60,129 nt of DNA, from the IMG/VR virus record IMGVR_UViG_3300011113_000688, positions 1 through 60,129 of that record; one strand, written 5' to 3'. Made by a program: the position numbers and the translations under genes. The notes beneath the pieces are model-generated. The model had not been told where the DNA came from, did not search any database, and saw only the letters and a program-made list of their open reading frames with translations. Source of the stretch: a virus (taxonomy: Duplodnaviria > Caudoviricetes). Shown in pieces: positions 1 through 7,434 of the stretch (position 1 is the first letter of the stretch; each line of letters opens with the position of its first letter).

Positions 1-15
1 CATGGAAATTATAAT

Positions 16-192
16 ATGATCAAAGCACAATTTACTGCTGCCGACGTAGCAGAAGCAACAAAGGGCCTGGGTGCTACTGTACTCAAACCACGTAAAGCAA
101 AGCAGCCAGTATGCCGTGCTAAGTCCAGCAAGGGCTTTGTAAAGGGCACCGGTGGGTTTGCTACTGGGTATCCACGAAAGGTCTTTGTGTGA
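16..192 (+). CDS. Small basic hypothetical protein (58 aa, MIKAQFTAADV...), missing from the ORF track
   Basis: ATG16 open to TGA192; GTGA overlap with the next ORF. Confidence 0.55.
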   Translation: MIKAQFTAADVAEATKGLGATVLKPRKAKQPVCRAKSSKGFVKGTGGFATGYPRKVFV

Positions 193-398
193 AAAGAGCC
201 CTATTCAATGATGCTGAGGTGGCTGCTGCTGTAGAGGAATTCAGTACGTACATGGCACCCCGTACAATGCAGGCTGGCGGAAAGAACGGTGACGTTACAG
301 TGTATGGGGAGAATGCCAATGCACGTAAGCCACCGGTGATTAATCAATATGCAGAAGAAGAGGAAATCAGTGGGTTACTACAAGAACTTGGTAATTGA
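189..398 (+). CDS. Hypothetical early protein
   Basis: ORF track; GTGA coupling to upstream ORF. Confidence 0.5.
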   Translation: MKRALFNDAEVAAAVEEFSTYMAPRTMQAGGKNGDVTVYGENANARKPPVINQYAEEEEISGLLQELGN

Positions 399-516
399 AA
401 TTCTAGAACTCAGTGATGCGGGTCTGGGCGTGATAGCAATTGCTGACCGCCTGGGGCTAGCGGCGATTACAGTCGCAAATATACTGGAGATGTACGGCGG
501 GCCCGAAGGTGCATAG
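370..516 (+). CDS. Small possible HTH protein (48 aa, MGYYKNLVIEILELSDAGLGVIAIADRLGL...)
   Basis: GAGGA SD before GTG370; IAIADRLGLxxxTV helix-turn-helix-like pattern. Confidence 0.5.
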   Translation: MGYYKNLVIEILELSDAGLGVIAIADRLGLAAITVANILEMYGGPEGA

Positions 517-667
517 GGGTGGGGGGCTACAGCCAGTATACTACAAAAAAGCTACAATCAAAAGGAACATGCTATTCGAAAGCAACCTTATCGAGCAACA
601 ATCTTCTCTGTGGTAAAATGCGGAAACGTACAGTGAATCACGGTAAAATTTTTTTTGCGCCAAAATC

Positions 668-808
668 ATGCTGATAACCCTTGGTACCATTCTGCTGTTT
701 CTGATTGTCAATCTAGCAATCACTGTGTTTCTGTATTATCACAATGGTAACGATGGCTGGCTGGAATACTATCATTCCATAGCAAAGAAGCAACATGAAT
801 CCACTTGA
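668..808 (+). CDS. Small membrane protein (46 aa)
   Basis: Manual translation MLITLGTILLFLIVNLAITVFLYY...; hydrophobic N-terminus; overlaps next start. Confidence 0.45.
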   Translation: MLITLGTILLFLIVNLAITVFLYYHNGNDGWLEYYHSIAKKQHEST

Positions 809-1007
809 CTTTATTGAGTTTCTGTGGTACACTTTGTACATAGCACATGACTTTATAGGAAGAATATTCATGAGCATTTTGGCAATAGGTTTTATTGTTC
901 TTGTGACAATGGCTTTCTTTAAAATCGTGTGGTCTGTTATCAAGTTTATATGCAAGCCGCTGGTACTGCTTGTTGCAGCAATTGCAACGATATTCCTCGT
1001 GGTCTAG
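795..1007 (+). CDS. Small membrane protein
   Basis: ORF track; two hydrophobic segments. Confidence 0.5.
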   Translation: MNPLDFIEFLWYTLYIAHDFIGRIFMSILAIGFIVLVTMAFFKIVWSVIKFICKPLVLLVAAIATIFLVV

Positions 1008-1053
1008 GAACTGCTAGGAACGGCTAGGAACGGCTAGGAACGGCTAGGAACTG
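1004..1053. repeat. Five tandem 10-bp direct repeats CTAGGAAC(T/G)G
   Basis: Read directly; ends 1 nt before the -35 box at 1055. Confidence 0.95.
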
Positions 1054-1054
1054 C

Positions 1055-1083
1055 TTGACAAAGTGCGGTACCTCGATTATACT
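1055..1083 (+). promoter_or_regulatory. sigma70-type early promoter TTGACA-N17-TATACT
   Basis: Consensus -35 and near-consensus -10. Confidence 0.85.
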
Positions 1084-1113
1084 ATAGTCTGTTGAGTGAG
1101 AAATGGGGTTGTC

Positions 1114-1434
1114 ATGAAAGCAATATTTACTACACAGGTCTTTGAGAACTATGCGTGGCGTGAAGACGGTTCAATTGGTACGGGTGCCGATGCATACTTC
1201 AAACCCAAGGGTGGTGATGAGTATGTTGTAAAGAATGTGGACAAGTCACAAATGCTCCGCATACTCAAAGAAGTGAAGGCGCAGGTCGAGGTCTCGAATG
1301 ATTACTTCCGTGAGACTGTGGTTGATTTTGTGTTGGTCGAGGATGACTATCTGACCGAGTATGAGCGTAGCCAGTTAGAGTACGATGGCTGCATTGTTTA
1401 TTCACCGAAAGAACTTGAAATGGAGTTTGCGTGA
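1114..1434 (+). CDS. Conserved hypothetical T4-like early protein
   Basis: ORF track (likely ATG1114); TQVFENY...KPKGG...EYE pattern recurrent in such phages. Confidence 0.7.
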   Translation: MKAIFTTQVFENYAWREDGSIGTGADAYFKPKGGDEYVVKNVDKSQMLRILKEVKAQVEVSNDYFRETVVDFVLVEDDYLTEYERSQLEYDGCIVYSPKELEMEFA

Positions 1435-1631
1435 TGAACAAGTTTGAATTTCTAAAACGTGCTGAGGCTTATACTGAAGCACGTGGTGATGAGATGTATT
1501 TCAAAAATCTTTATACCGGTTTTCGAGAATTCAACAATGTTGAAGACTCTGTGTGGAAAACTTTAAGTTATTTGTATGATAATGATACCGCTGAGTTGCT
1601 GAAATACAAATACTGTGAAACTGTTTTGTAA
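1431..1631 (+). CDS. Hypothetical protein
   Basis: ORF track; coupled starts and stops. Confidence 0.65.
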   Translation: MMNKFEFLKRAEAYTEARGDEMYFKNLYTGFREFNNVEDSVWKTLSYLYDNDTAELLKYKYCETVL

Positions 1632-1960
1632 TGGAGAAGAACATGGTAAAGAATGAATTGGCTGTTGCGCTGATTGGTTACAAAGATAGCATCGTGGCGA
1701 ATTATGTGAAATGGTGTGGTGATGCCGGTATCTCGGATATCGGACAGTTCGGTGTCGAATTTGAGCCTGGTTCGAAATACGTGAAGGTCGTGAAAATCTC
1801 GTCGGGTGGCTCACGTTCGGTACACTCGTTCGTGGAGAAAGAAACGGGTAACATCTGGAAAGCAGCTTCATGGAAAGCACCAGCCAAGAACTTTGTGCGT
1901 GGTAATGTGTATGATGCCGGCACTTATCTGAATCGTCTGCAATGGACTGGAATCGCTTAA
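1631..1960 (+). CDS. Conserved hypothetical phage protein (KYVKVV...SVHSFV...GNIWKAASWKAPAK)
   Basis: Motif widespread in large phages; TAATG coupling. Confidence 0.75.
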   Translation: MEKNMVKNELAVALIGYKDSIVANYVKWCGDAGISDIGQFGVEFEPGSKYVKVVKISSGGSRSVHSFVEKETGNIWKAASWKAPAKNFVRGNVYDAGTYLNRLQWTGIA

Positions 1961-2124
1961 TGAATGAATCGTTTGTGGTGAGATGTCGTGAGTGTGGGAA
2001 TGAACACTTGACAAGTGAAGTGAAGTTTGTCAATATAGAGGAAAATCTCTATGGTGAAGATGTAGCATATTTTATTTGTTCTGTGACTGATACCATCACG
2101 CAAAGTCTGGTGTTTCGCCAATGA
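1960..2124 (+). CDS. Small Zn-ribbon-like protein
   Basis: CRECG motif; TAATG coupling. Confidence 0.55.
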   Translation: MNESFVVRCRECGNEHLTSEVKFVNIEENLYGEDVAYFICSVTDTITQSLVFRQ

Positions 2125-2366
2125 AAGAATATGACTGGGAACGGTATTCTGAGAAATACTATTATTATGACACCTCGACTGGTAAGATTGTTGGGGCCGT
2201 GAGTAAAATTGCACTCCAAGAAGTTTGGATTGGTTTAGTGTACGTGGGTGAGTATACGTTTACTGTACAAGATGAAAAGCATCTGGGTCAGTACATCAAT
2301 CTCGAATCTGCTAAAAGGGCTGTGCAGTTTTTCTGGGATCGTGAAAGTCGTACACTATTGGAATGA
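2121..2366 (+). CDS. Hypothetical protein
   Basis: ORF track; ATGA coupling. Confidence 0.65.
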   Translation: MKEYDWERYSEKYYYYDTSTGKIVGAVSKIALQEVWIGLVYVGEYTFTVQDEKHLGQYINLESAKRAVQFFWDRESRTLLE

Positions 2367-2367
2367 T

Positions 2368-2523
2368 ATGGGCACCATACTTTTTGCTTTACAGTTTTTG
2401 TTTGTATTTCTTTTTTGGAATATGTCTACGGTTGCTGCTGATGAAGGGCGACCCGGCTGGGCATTTGTCTATCTGATCATTTCAGCAATGAACGGTGCTG
2501 CGGCACTTTCATCGATTTTCTGA
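2368..2523 (+). CDS. Small membrane protein
   Basis: ATG2368; two hydrophobic helices. Confidence 0.55.
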   Translation: MGTILFALQFLFVFLFWNMSTVAADEGRPGWAFVYLIISAMNGAAALSSIF

Positions 2524-2549
2524 TATATGGCAAATGTAGAAATTCAGTA

Positions 2550-2578
2550 TTGACGAACCTAGCATTCTCGTTTATACT
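2550..2578 (+). promoter_or_regulatory. sigma70-type promoter TTGACG-N17-TATACT
   Basis: Upstream of the DUF262 gene. Confidence 0.75.
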
Positions 2579-2646
2579 GTTTATTGTAGTACCCGTGTCT
2601 GAGGACATACAAGTAAATTAACTTAAATTTGATAGGAGAAGTAAAA

Positions 2647-4113
2647 ATGACTCGTTCAAAGTCACCTACATGGTCACGTGCAGAGTGGACCATTCAAGAG
2701 TTTATCTCACGTGCTGGTACCGTCGATATGAATCCCGTCGGACAGCGCAACTCGGTTGAATCACGTAAGCGTGAAAAATCAAAAGCAATTATGCGTTCCA
2801 TCTTTGAAGGTGGTGATATCTGCGAAATTGCACTGCGCCATATGGTCAAAAATATTCCTGGTGTGACACATGAGTATCGCTCAATCGATGGTGGACACCG
2901 CAAACGTGCCATTTGGGATTTCATAAACAACAAATTTCGCCTTCCATATGATTTGGAAGTGTACATTGGAAACAAATCCTATGATATTTCTGAATTGACA
3001 TACGGTGAACTACCAACTGTCGTACAAGATTATCTTTTAAACTACACATTGCGTTTGGTTATCTACGACAAATCGACAACTGACGCACAAGCCGGCTATC
3101 TTTTCCGCTTGCGTAACAAATCTACGCAGGTAAATTTTCAAGAGATGTTGAATTCTTTTGAAGATAATCTGGTAGCAAAGCTGGTTCGTGAAACTGCACG
3201 TGCTATTCCACAATTGAACAATGTTCCTCACTCACTTTTCGTGACAACTTTTACGAAAAAAGATGAAGAGAAGCCAGTTTTTTGGCAAGTAACACCAAGT
3301 CGTTTGTTGTTTGATGAGTTTGTTGCACGTTTTTTGTGTGTGTTGATCAAAGATAATGGTGTACAGACCGCTTCAAATGATGAATTGGAGAATATGTACG
3401 TTACTTTGGGTGATCCAGATGATGGTGAGTGGGTAAAAAATCCTGCGCTGGCGGCTGATGCAGCAAAAAAACTCAAGGCTGGATTGAATTTTATACAAAA
3501 ATATGCAGAGACACGTAAAAAACTTGCAAATGGTGCGGGTCTTACACTACGTGAAGCCGTAATGTTGACACGAATCTATGCGTATCTTGAAAAAGAGTAT
3601 GCGGGTTCATGGAAAATTGCTGACTTTGAAGTGTTCTATTCAAATTTCAAACCAGCACTTGATGATTTTGTTGGTGCAGGTTCGAAAAATGGTCCATGGG
3701 TCAACGAAATCGTATGGGGTGACCGCACAAAAGCCGAAGCAATGAAAGGTTTTCTCGGTGAGTATGGCGTATTGAAGAAAGTAACCGATACTGTTGAGTG
3801 GTTGCAAGAATCTCTTGAAAAGCATTATGTGCCAATTGAGATGTTGATTGTCGTAAAAGATAAAAATCGCTCAATTAGTCGTGATCTTTTAGAGACAATT
3901 TGGATCAAGCAAGGTAAAAAGTGTGATGTTACACAGAAGCCTTTGAACTTTGCTGATGCTGTTGCTGGTCACATTAAAGCACACTCTGAAGGGGGTTCGT
4001 CGACCGTTGCTAACATTGTAGCGATACACAAAGATATTAATGCTAAGATGGGTACAATGAATCTCGAAGACTTCAAACGTGCATATTGGATCGCTAAAGA
4101 AGAAAATATTTAA
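2647..4113 (+). CDS. DUF262 (ParB/Srx-like, GmrSD-type) domain protein with C-terminal HNH nuclease
   Basis: QR...IDGGHR...F.LRN (DUF262-like motifs); C-terminal GHIKAHSEGG..TVAN...IN HNH motif; GGAG SD before ATG2647. Confidence 0.75.
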   Translation: MTRSKSPTWSRAEWTIQEFISRAGTVDMNPVGQRNSVESRKREKSKAIMRSIFEGGDICEIALRHMVKNIPGVTHEYRSIDGGHRKRAIWDFINNKFRLPYDLEVYIGNKSYDISELTYGELPTVVQDYLLNYTLRLVIYDKSTTDAQAGYLFRLRNKSTQVNFQEMLNSFEDNLVAKLVRETARAIPQLNNVPHSLFVTTFTKKDEEKPVFWQVTPSRLLFDEFVARFLCVLIKDNGVQTASNDELENMYVTLGDPDDGEWVKNPALAADAAKKLKAGLNFIQKYAETRKKLANGAGLTLREAVMLTRIYAYLEKEYAGSWKIADFEVFYSNFKPALDDFVGAGSKNGPWVNEIVWGDRTKAEAMKGFLGEYGVLKKVTDTVEWLQESLEKHYVPIEMLIVVKDKNRSISRDLLETIWIKQGKKCDVTQKPLNFADAVAGHIKAHSEGGSSTVANIVAIHKDINAKMGTMNLEDFKRAYWIAKEENI

Positions 4114-4120
4114 TGTTTTT

Positions 4121-4145
4121 GTCCCGGCTTCGGCCGGGATTTTTT
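4121..4145 (+). terminator. Intrinsic terminator with cUUCGg tetraloop
   Basis: TCCCGGC-TTCG-GCCGGGA followed by T tract. Confidence 0.85.
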
Positions 4146-4156
4146 AAGGAGTTATT

Positions 4157-4660
4157 ATGCCTAATTGGTGCGACAATACATTACGGCTTTCAAGTGAAGA
4201 CAAAGCCAAGTTGGATGGTGTTGAGAATGAACTATTCAAAAGAACTGATGACGGCGCATATGCTGGTTGTTTGTTCGAACACTTACGGCCTAATCCATCT
4301 GGTGAATGGGAATATGATTGGTCACTGAATAATTGGGGCACCAAGTGGGATGCAAGCATTATCGATTGGGAAAGGCATGATGATGAAAATCTCACCGTCT
4401 ATTTTGAAACAGCCTGGGGCCCACCTATCGCATTGTATGATTATCTGACTGAGCAAGGTTGGGGTGTCGAAGCATTCTACAATGAGCCTGGTATGTGTTT
4501 TGCGGGTAACTATGACAATGGGACCGATCAATGCTATGAATATGCAGACTTGTCCGCTGATGAAATTGAAGAAGAACTGCCACATGAACTAAATGATATG
4601 TATGGCATCTCGGACTGGAAACGTGAATGGGAAGCAGAGAACGGAGAAGAGGAAGAGTGA
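4157..4660 (+). CDS. DUF1281/YubB-like ferredoxin-fold protein
   Basis: MPNWC...NWGTKW...FETAWGPP...YNEPG signature. Confidence 0.75.
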   Translation: MPNWCDNTLRLSSEDKAKLDGVENELFKRTDDGAYAGCLFEHLRPNPSGEWEYDWSLNNWGTKWDASIIDWERHDDENLTVYFETAWGPPIALYDYLTEQGWGVEAFYNEPGMCFAGNYDNGTDQCYEYADLSADEIEEELPHELNDMYGISDWKREWEAENGEEEE

Positions 4661-5031
4661 TGGTACGTTACGGTGTACACTCAAATAGATTTCAAGGCGA
4701 CTACAAAAAAGTATTGACGGTCTGCTCGGCTAATATGCTCCGGTCGCCTACGATGGCGCACGTTTTATCTGCTGAACCGTATAACTTCAATACACGGTCG
4801 GCCGGTACTGCTGGCTATGCATTGATTCCTGTTACCGAAGATTTGCTGATGTGGTGTGATGAGGTCGTGTGTGCTGATACTGAACATGCACTCTGGGTAC
4901 GCAACAAGATGATGGAGTGGATGGTTGATAAGCCTATCATTGATTTGCAGATTCCAGATAATTATGAATATCGTAATCCTGAACTAGTTGAACTTATCAA
5001 GGAGCGTTATGATCAGCGAACAAGTGATTGA
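4660..5031 (+). CDS. Low-molecular-weight protein-tyrosine-phosphatase-like protein
   Basis: VCSANMLRSPT (CX5RS) P-loop, SAGT, IPD. Confidence 0.75.
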   Translation: MVRYGVHSNRFQGDYKKVLTVCSANMLRSPTMAHVLSAEPYNFNTRSAGTAGYALIPVTEDLLMWCDEVVCADTEHALWVRNKMMEWMVDKPIIDLQIPDNYEYRNPELVELIKERYDQRTSD

Positions 5032-5194
5032 CCGAAATAGTCTTCTGAATTTGTTATCAGAAATATATCAAGTGTATCAAACGGGTGAAAATACACCAGA
5101 AGATTATTTGGCAATAGATTTCTGGGATGACATTGTACAGCATTTCCAACTTGACAACAATGAGATAGAAAAGTTGCTAAAAAGAAACAGTTGA
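5009..5194 (+). CDS. Hypothetical protein
   Basis: AAGGAG SD before ATG5009. Confidence 0.55.
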   Translation: MISEQVIDRNSLLNLLSEIYQVYQTGENTPEDYLAIDFWDDIVQHFQLDNNEIEKLLKRNS

Positions 5195-5219
5195 CAAAGT
5201 GCCGCACTTCATCTATAAT
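5191..5219 (+). promoter_or_regulatory. sigma70-type promoter TTGACA-N17-TATAAT
   Basis: Perfect consensus; shares TTGACAAAGTGC with the 1055 promoter. Confidence 0.9.
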
Positions 5220-5252
5220 TATACATGTTGATTGATTATATGGAGTTTTGTG

Positions 5253-5642
5253 ATGGCTTACGTATCTCAAGAATTGAAGTCTAAGTTAGCACCAAAGATC
5301 AAAGCAATTTGCAAAAAGTACGGCGTGAAAGCAAGCCTTGCGGTTCGCAATCATTCTACGCTGGTACTGAATGTGAAGTCTGGTAAAGTAGACTTTATTG
5401 GTGATTATGGTGATTCTCCTCAAACACGTGCCGATGCTGAGAAGTTTGGTATTCAAGTGAATCCTTATCACTACAAAAATCACTTCAATGGTGATGCGTA
5501 TTTCTTTCTGTCTGAAGTGATTCCGGCGATGAATGCTGGTAACTGGGATAAGTCTGATGCACAAGTTGATTACTTCAATGTTGGTTGGTACATTGATGTA
5601 AACATTGGTAAGTGGAACAAACCTTATGCTCTGGAGGCGTAA
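5253..5642 (+). CDS. Conserved hypothetical phage protein (MAYVSQE...DYFNVGWY)
   Basis: GGAG SD before ATG5253; recurrent phage family motif. Confidence 0.75.
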   Translation: MAYVSQELKSKLAPKIKAICKKYGVKASLAVRNHSTLVLNVKSGKVDFIGDYGDSPQTRADAEKFGIQVNPYHYKNHFNGDAYFFLSEVIPAMNAGNWDKSDAQVDYFNVGWYIDVNIGKWNKPYALEA

Positions 5643-5643
5643 T

Positions 5644-5811
5644 ATGGATCAGATTGATAAAATGATTGCTTATGAAGCAGGTGAGTTGCACTTTGATGAA
5701 ACAATTGAATTTTTTCAAGAATTGATTGATTCTGGACTTGTGTGGCAATTGCAGGGTTCCTATGGACGAACTGCACGTGCCTTGATTGATGAAGGTTGGT
5801 GTATACAGTGA
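5644..5811 (+). CDS. Conserved hypothetical protein (FQELIDSGLVWQLQGSYGRTA)
   Basis: GGAGG SD; common phage motif. Confidence 0.7.
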   Translation: MDQIDKMIAYEAGELHFDETIEFFQELIDSGLVWQLQGSYGRTARALIDEGWCIQ

Positions 5812-6209
5812 TGAGTGAAGCAAGAATCGTAGCGAATCGTATTCGTACACCTGACGGTACGATTCTTGAATCTAGGCATCGCCACGACTATGTGACCTAT
5901 GTTGATGCAAATGGCAAAGAATACATGGTCGATGGTGGACTGGAGTATCTGCGTCGAAATGTACATGATGATGCACCGTATGAGGAACTGTCGGTGTATG
6001 ATGATGCACCATATGCTCTAATTCGGGAAGTATTCAAGTGGGGCACACGTGGTAAAGGTGGTCGTCAGCCTTTGACTTTTGTACCACTCAAAGACTTGAC
6101 AACAGAACACATTGAGGCTATACTTGAAACTCAAATTCACATTAGTGAACGCATACGAAAACTTTTTATTAGTGAATTGACTTTTAGAGGCGTTCAGAGG
6201 GATATATAG
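5811..6209 (+). CDS. Conserved hypothetical protein (SRHRHDY...VDGG...WGTRG)
   Basis: TGATG coupling; common phage motif. Confidence 0.7.
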   Translation: MSEARIVANRIRTPDGTILESRHRHDYVTYVDANGKEYMVDGGLEYLRRNVHDDAPYEELSVYDDAPYALIREVFKWGTRGKGGRQPLTFVPLKDLTTEHIEAILETQIHISERIRKLFISELTFRGVQRDI

Positions 6210-6213
6210 AGTT

Positions 6214-6309
6214 ATGAACAAACTAATACACATTACGAAGGAATGCCCACAGTATCGCACATTTAGCGACAATGGATCATGGGCGCCCGCATCGGAGGTT
6301 TGTGTATAG
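6214..6309 (+). CDS. Putative attenuator leader peptide MNKLIHITKECPQYRTFSDNGSWAPASEVCV (31 distinct codons, all 20 amino acids)
   Basis: Manual translation; 3' end overlaps the antiterminator strand. Confidence 0.7.
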   Translation: MNKLIHITKECPQYRTFSDNGSWAPASEVCV

Positions 6310-6344
6310 ATTGTAGTTTAGTTCGAACTGTATACAAACCCCGA
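6292..6344 (+). promoter_or_regulatory. Antiterminator helix, mutually exclusive with the terminator at 6336-6369
   Basis: TCGG-A-GGTTTGTGTATAG (6292-6309) pairs with CTGTATACAAACCCCGA (6328-6344): 17 bp, 2 G-U pairs, 1 bulge. Confidence 0.7.
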
Positions 6345-6369
6345 AATCTAAAAGGCTTCGGGGTTTTTT
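6336..6369 (+). terminator. Intrinsic terminator immediately upstream of tRNA-Pro
   Basis: AAACCCCGAA...TTCGGGGTTT followed by TTT. Confidence 0.85.
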
Positions 6370-6377
6370 GTTTTTAG

Positions 6378-6454
6378 CTGAGTGTAGTTCAGCCTGGTAG
6401 AATGCCTGCTTTGGGAGCAGGAGGTCGGGAGTTCGATCCTCTCCACTCAGACCA
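6378..6454 (+). tRNA. tRNA-Pro(TGG)
   Basis: Cloverleaf, cctgc-ttTGGga-gcagg, encoded CCA. Confidence 0.93.
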
Positions 6455-6462
6455 AAAAGTAG

Positions 6463-6491
6463 TTGACAAAGTTTTGATGTTTCTGTAGAAT
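6463..6491 (+). promoter_or_regulatory. sigma70-type promoter TTGACA-N17-TAGAAT inside the tRNA array
   Basis: Consensus -35; TG just upstream of the -10. Confidence 0.75.
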
Positions 6492-6528
6492 GTTGTTTGT
6501 TGATTGATCTTTAAAAAATTTGTGAGAT

Positions 6529-6603
6529 GCACCCATCGTCTAGTGGTCAGGACATTGCCCTTTCACGGCAGTAACACCGGTTCGAATCCGGTTGGGTGTA
6601 CCA
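6529..6603 (+). tRNA. tRNA-Glu(TTC)
   Basis: Cloverleaf, CCA. Confidence 0.93.
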
Positions 6604-6613
6604 ATTATATTAT

Positions 6614-6690
6614 GGGTGTGTAACTCAGTTGGCTAGAGTATCAGACTTTTAATCTGAGAGTCGTGGGTTCGAATCCCACCGCACCTACCA
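6614..6690 (+). tRNA. tRNA-Lys(TTT)
   Basis: Cloverleaf, CCA. Confidence 0.93.
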
Positions 6691-6766
6691 TATTGAAGCA
6701 CATTGGTTCTGAGGGTTGTTCCGAGGATAATTCACTCCAATGGAGTCCCAGTGTGTTTCAATATGG
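6688..6766 (+). repeat. CCA-initiated long hairpin, copy 1
   Basis: CCATATTGAAGCACATTGG / CCAGTGTGTTTCAATATGG, 19 bp. Confidence 0.85.
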
Positions 6767-6844
6767 TTGCAAACAGCGTGATATGTACCCAACATTTGCA
6801 GTAGGGGAGGATCGGGATTCGTTGGTCTGTGTAAACAGCAGACA

Positions 6845-6903
6845 CCATATTGAAGCACATTACTAAGAGTCCGAGGTGTATGGCATAGTGTGCTTCAATG
6901 TGG
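6845..6903 (+). repeat. CCA-initiated long hairpin, copy 2
   Basis: CCATATTGAAGCACATTA / TAGTGTGCTTCAATGTGG, 18 bp. Confidence 0.85.
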
Positions 6904-6979
6904 CACTTTAGCATAGCTGGCCTAATGCGCTGCCCTGTCACGGCAGAGATCACGGGTTCGAATCCCGTAAGTGTCGCCA
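6902..6979 (+). tRNA. tRNA-Asp(GTC)
   Basis: Cloverleaf, CCA. Confidence 0.93.
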
Positions 6980-6986
6980 GAATTAT

Positions 6987-7062
6987 TGCTCAGTAGATCA
7001 GTCGGTAGATCAGCGGACTGTTAATCCGTGTGTCGTTGGTTCGAGCCCAACCTGAGCAGCCA
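6987..7062 (+). tRNA. tRNA-Asn(GTT)
   Basis: Cloverleaf, CCA. Confidence 0.93.
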
Positions 7063-7070
7063 GTAAATGT

Positions 7071-7144
7071 TGGGGATTAGTTAAATGGTATAACCACGGA
7101 TTTTGATTCCGTTGTCGTAAGTTCGATTCTTACATCCCCTGCCA
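7071..7144 (+). tRNA. tRNA-Gln(TTG)
   Basis: Cloverleaf, CCA. Confidence 0.92.
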
Positions 7145-7150
7145 GTGAAT

Positions 7151-7235
7151 GGGTGCCGAGAAGCATTGGTGACTTCAGCAGACTGTAAATCTGTCGCCTC
7201 AGGCATACGGGGTTCGAATCCCTGGGTACCCACCA
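7151..7235 (+). tRNA. tRNA-Tyr(GTA)
   Basis: Cloverleaf with V-arm, CCA. Confidence 0.9.
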
Positions 7236-7236
7236 A

Positions 7237-7312
7237 CGGTCTTTAGTAAAATGGATGATTACGGCGGGCTACGGACCCGCAGGTGGGAGTTCGATTCTCT
7301 CAGGACCGGCCA
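7237..7312 (+). tRNA. tRNA-Arg(ACG)
   Basis: gcggg-ctACGga-cccgc, CCA. Confidence 0.9.
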
Positions 7313-7404
7313 TATTGAAACATATTGCGAAGACCGCTGAGTCGTTCTGCATTGCTGGAGTCTTCTATGAAGAGGTGTCGCAAAGGCAGTATGTTTCAAT
7401 ATGG
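7310..7404 (+). repeat. CCA-initiated long hairpin, copy 3
   Basis: CCATATTGAAACATATTGC / GCAGTATGTTTCAATATGG, 19 bp, with compensatory changes. Confidence 0.85.
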
Positions 7405-7434
7405 AAAATAAAACAATCGCAAAAACTTGCGATT

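Noticed and set aside
6177-6208. TTGACT...TATATA as a dedicated promoter for the leader peptide
   Set aside because: The spacing is 20 nt, so it is not supportable as sigma70; the leader may be read from the 5191 promoter.
6688-7404. Repeated CCATATTGAAGCACATT as a CRISPR or mini-CRISPR array
   Set aside because: The copies are inverted-repeat arms at irregular spacing, separated by tRNAs; there is no repeat-spacer periodicity and no cas operon.
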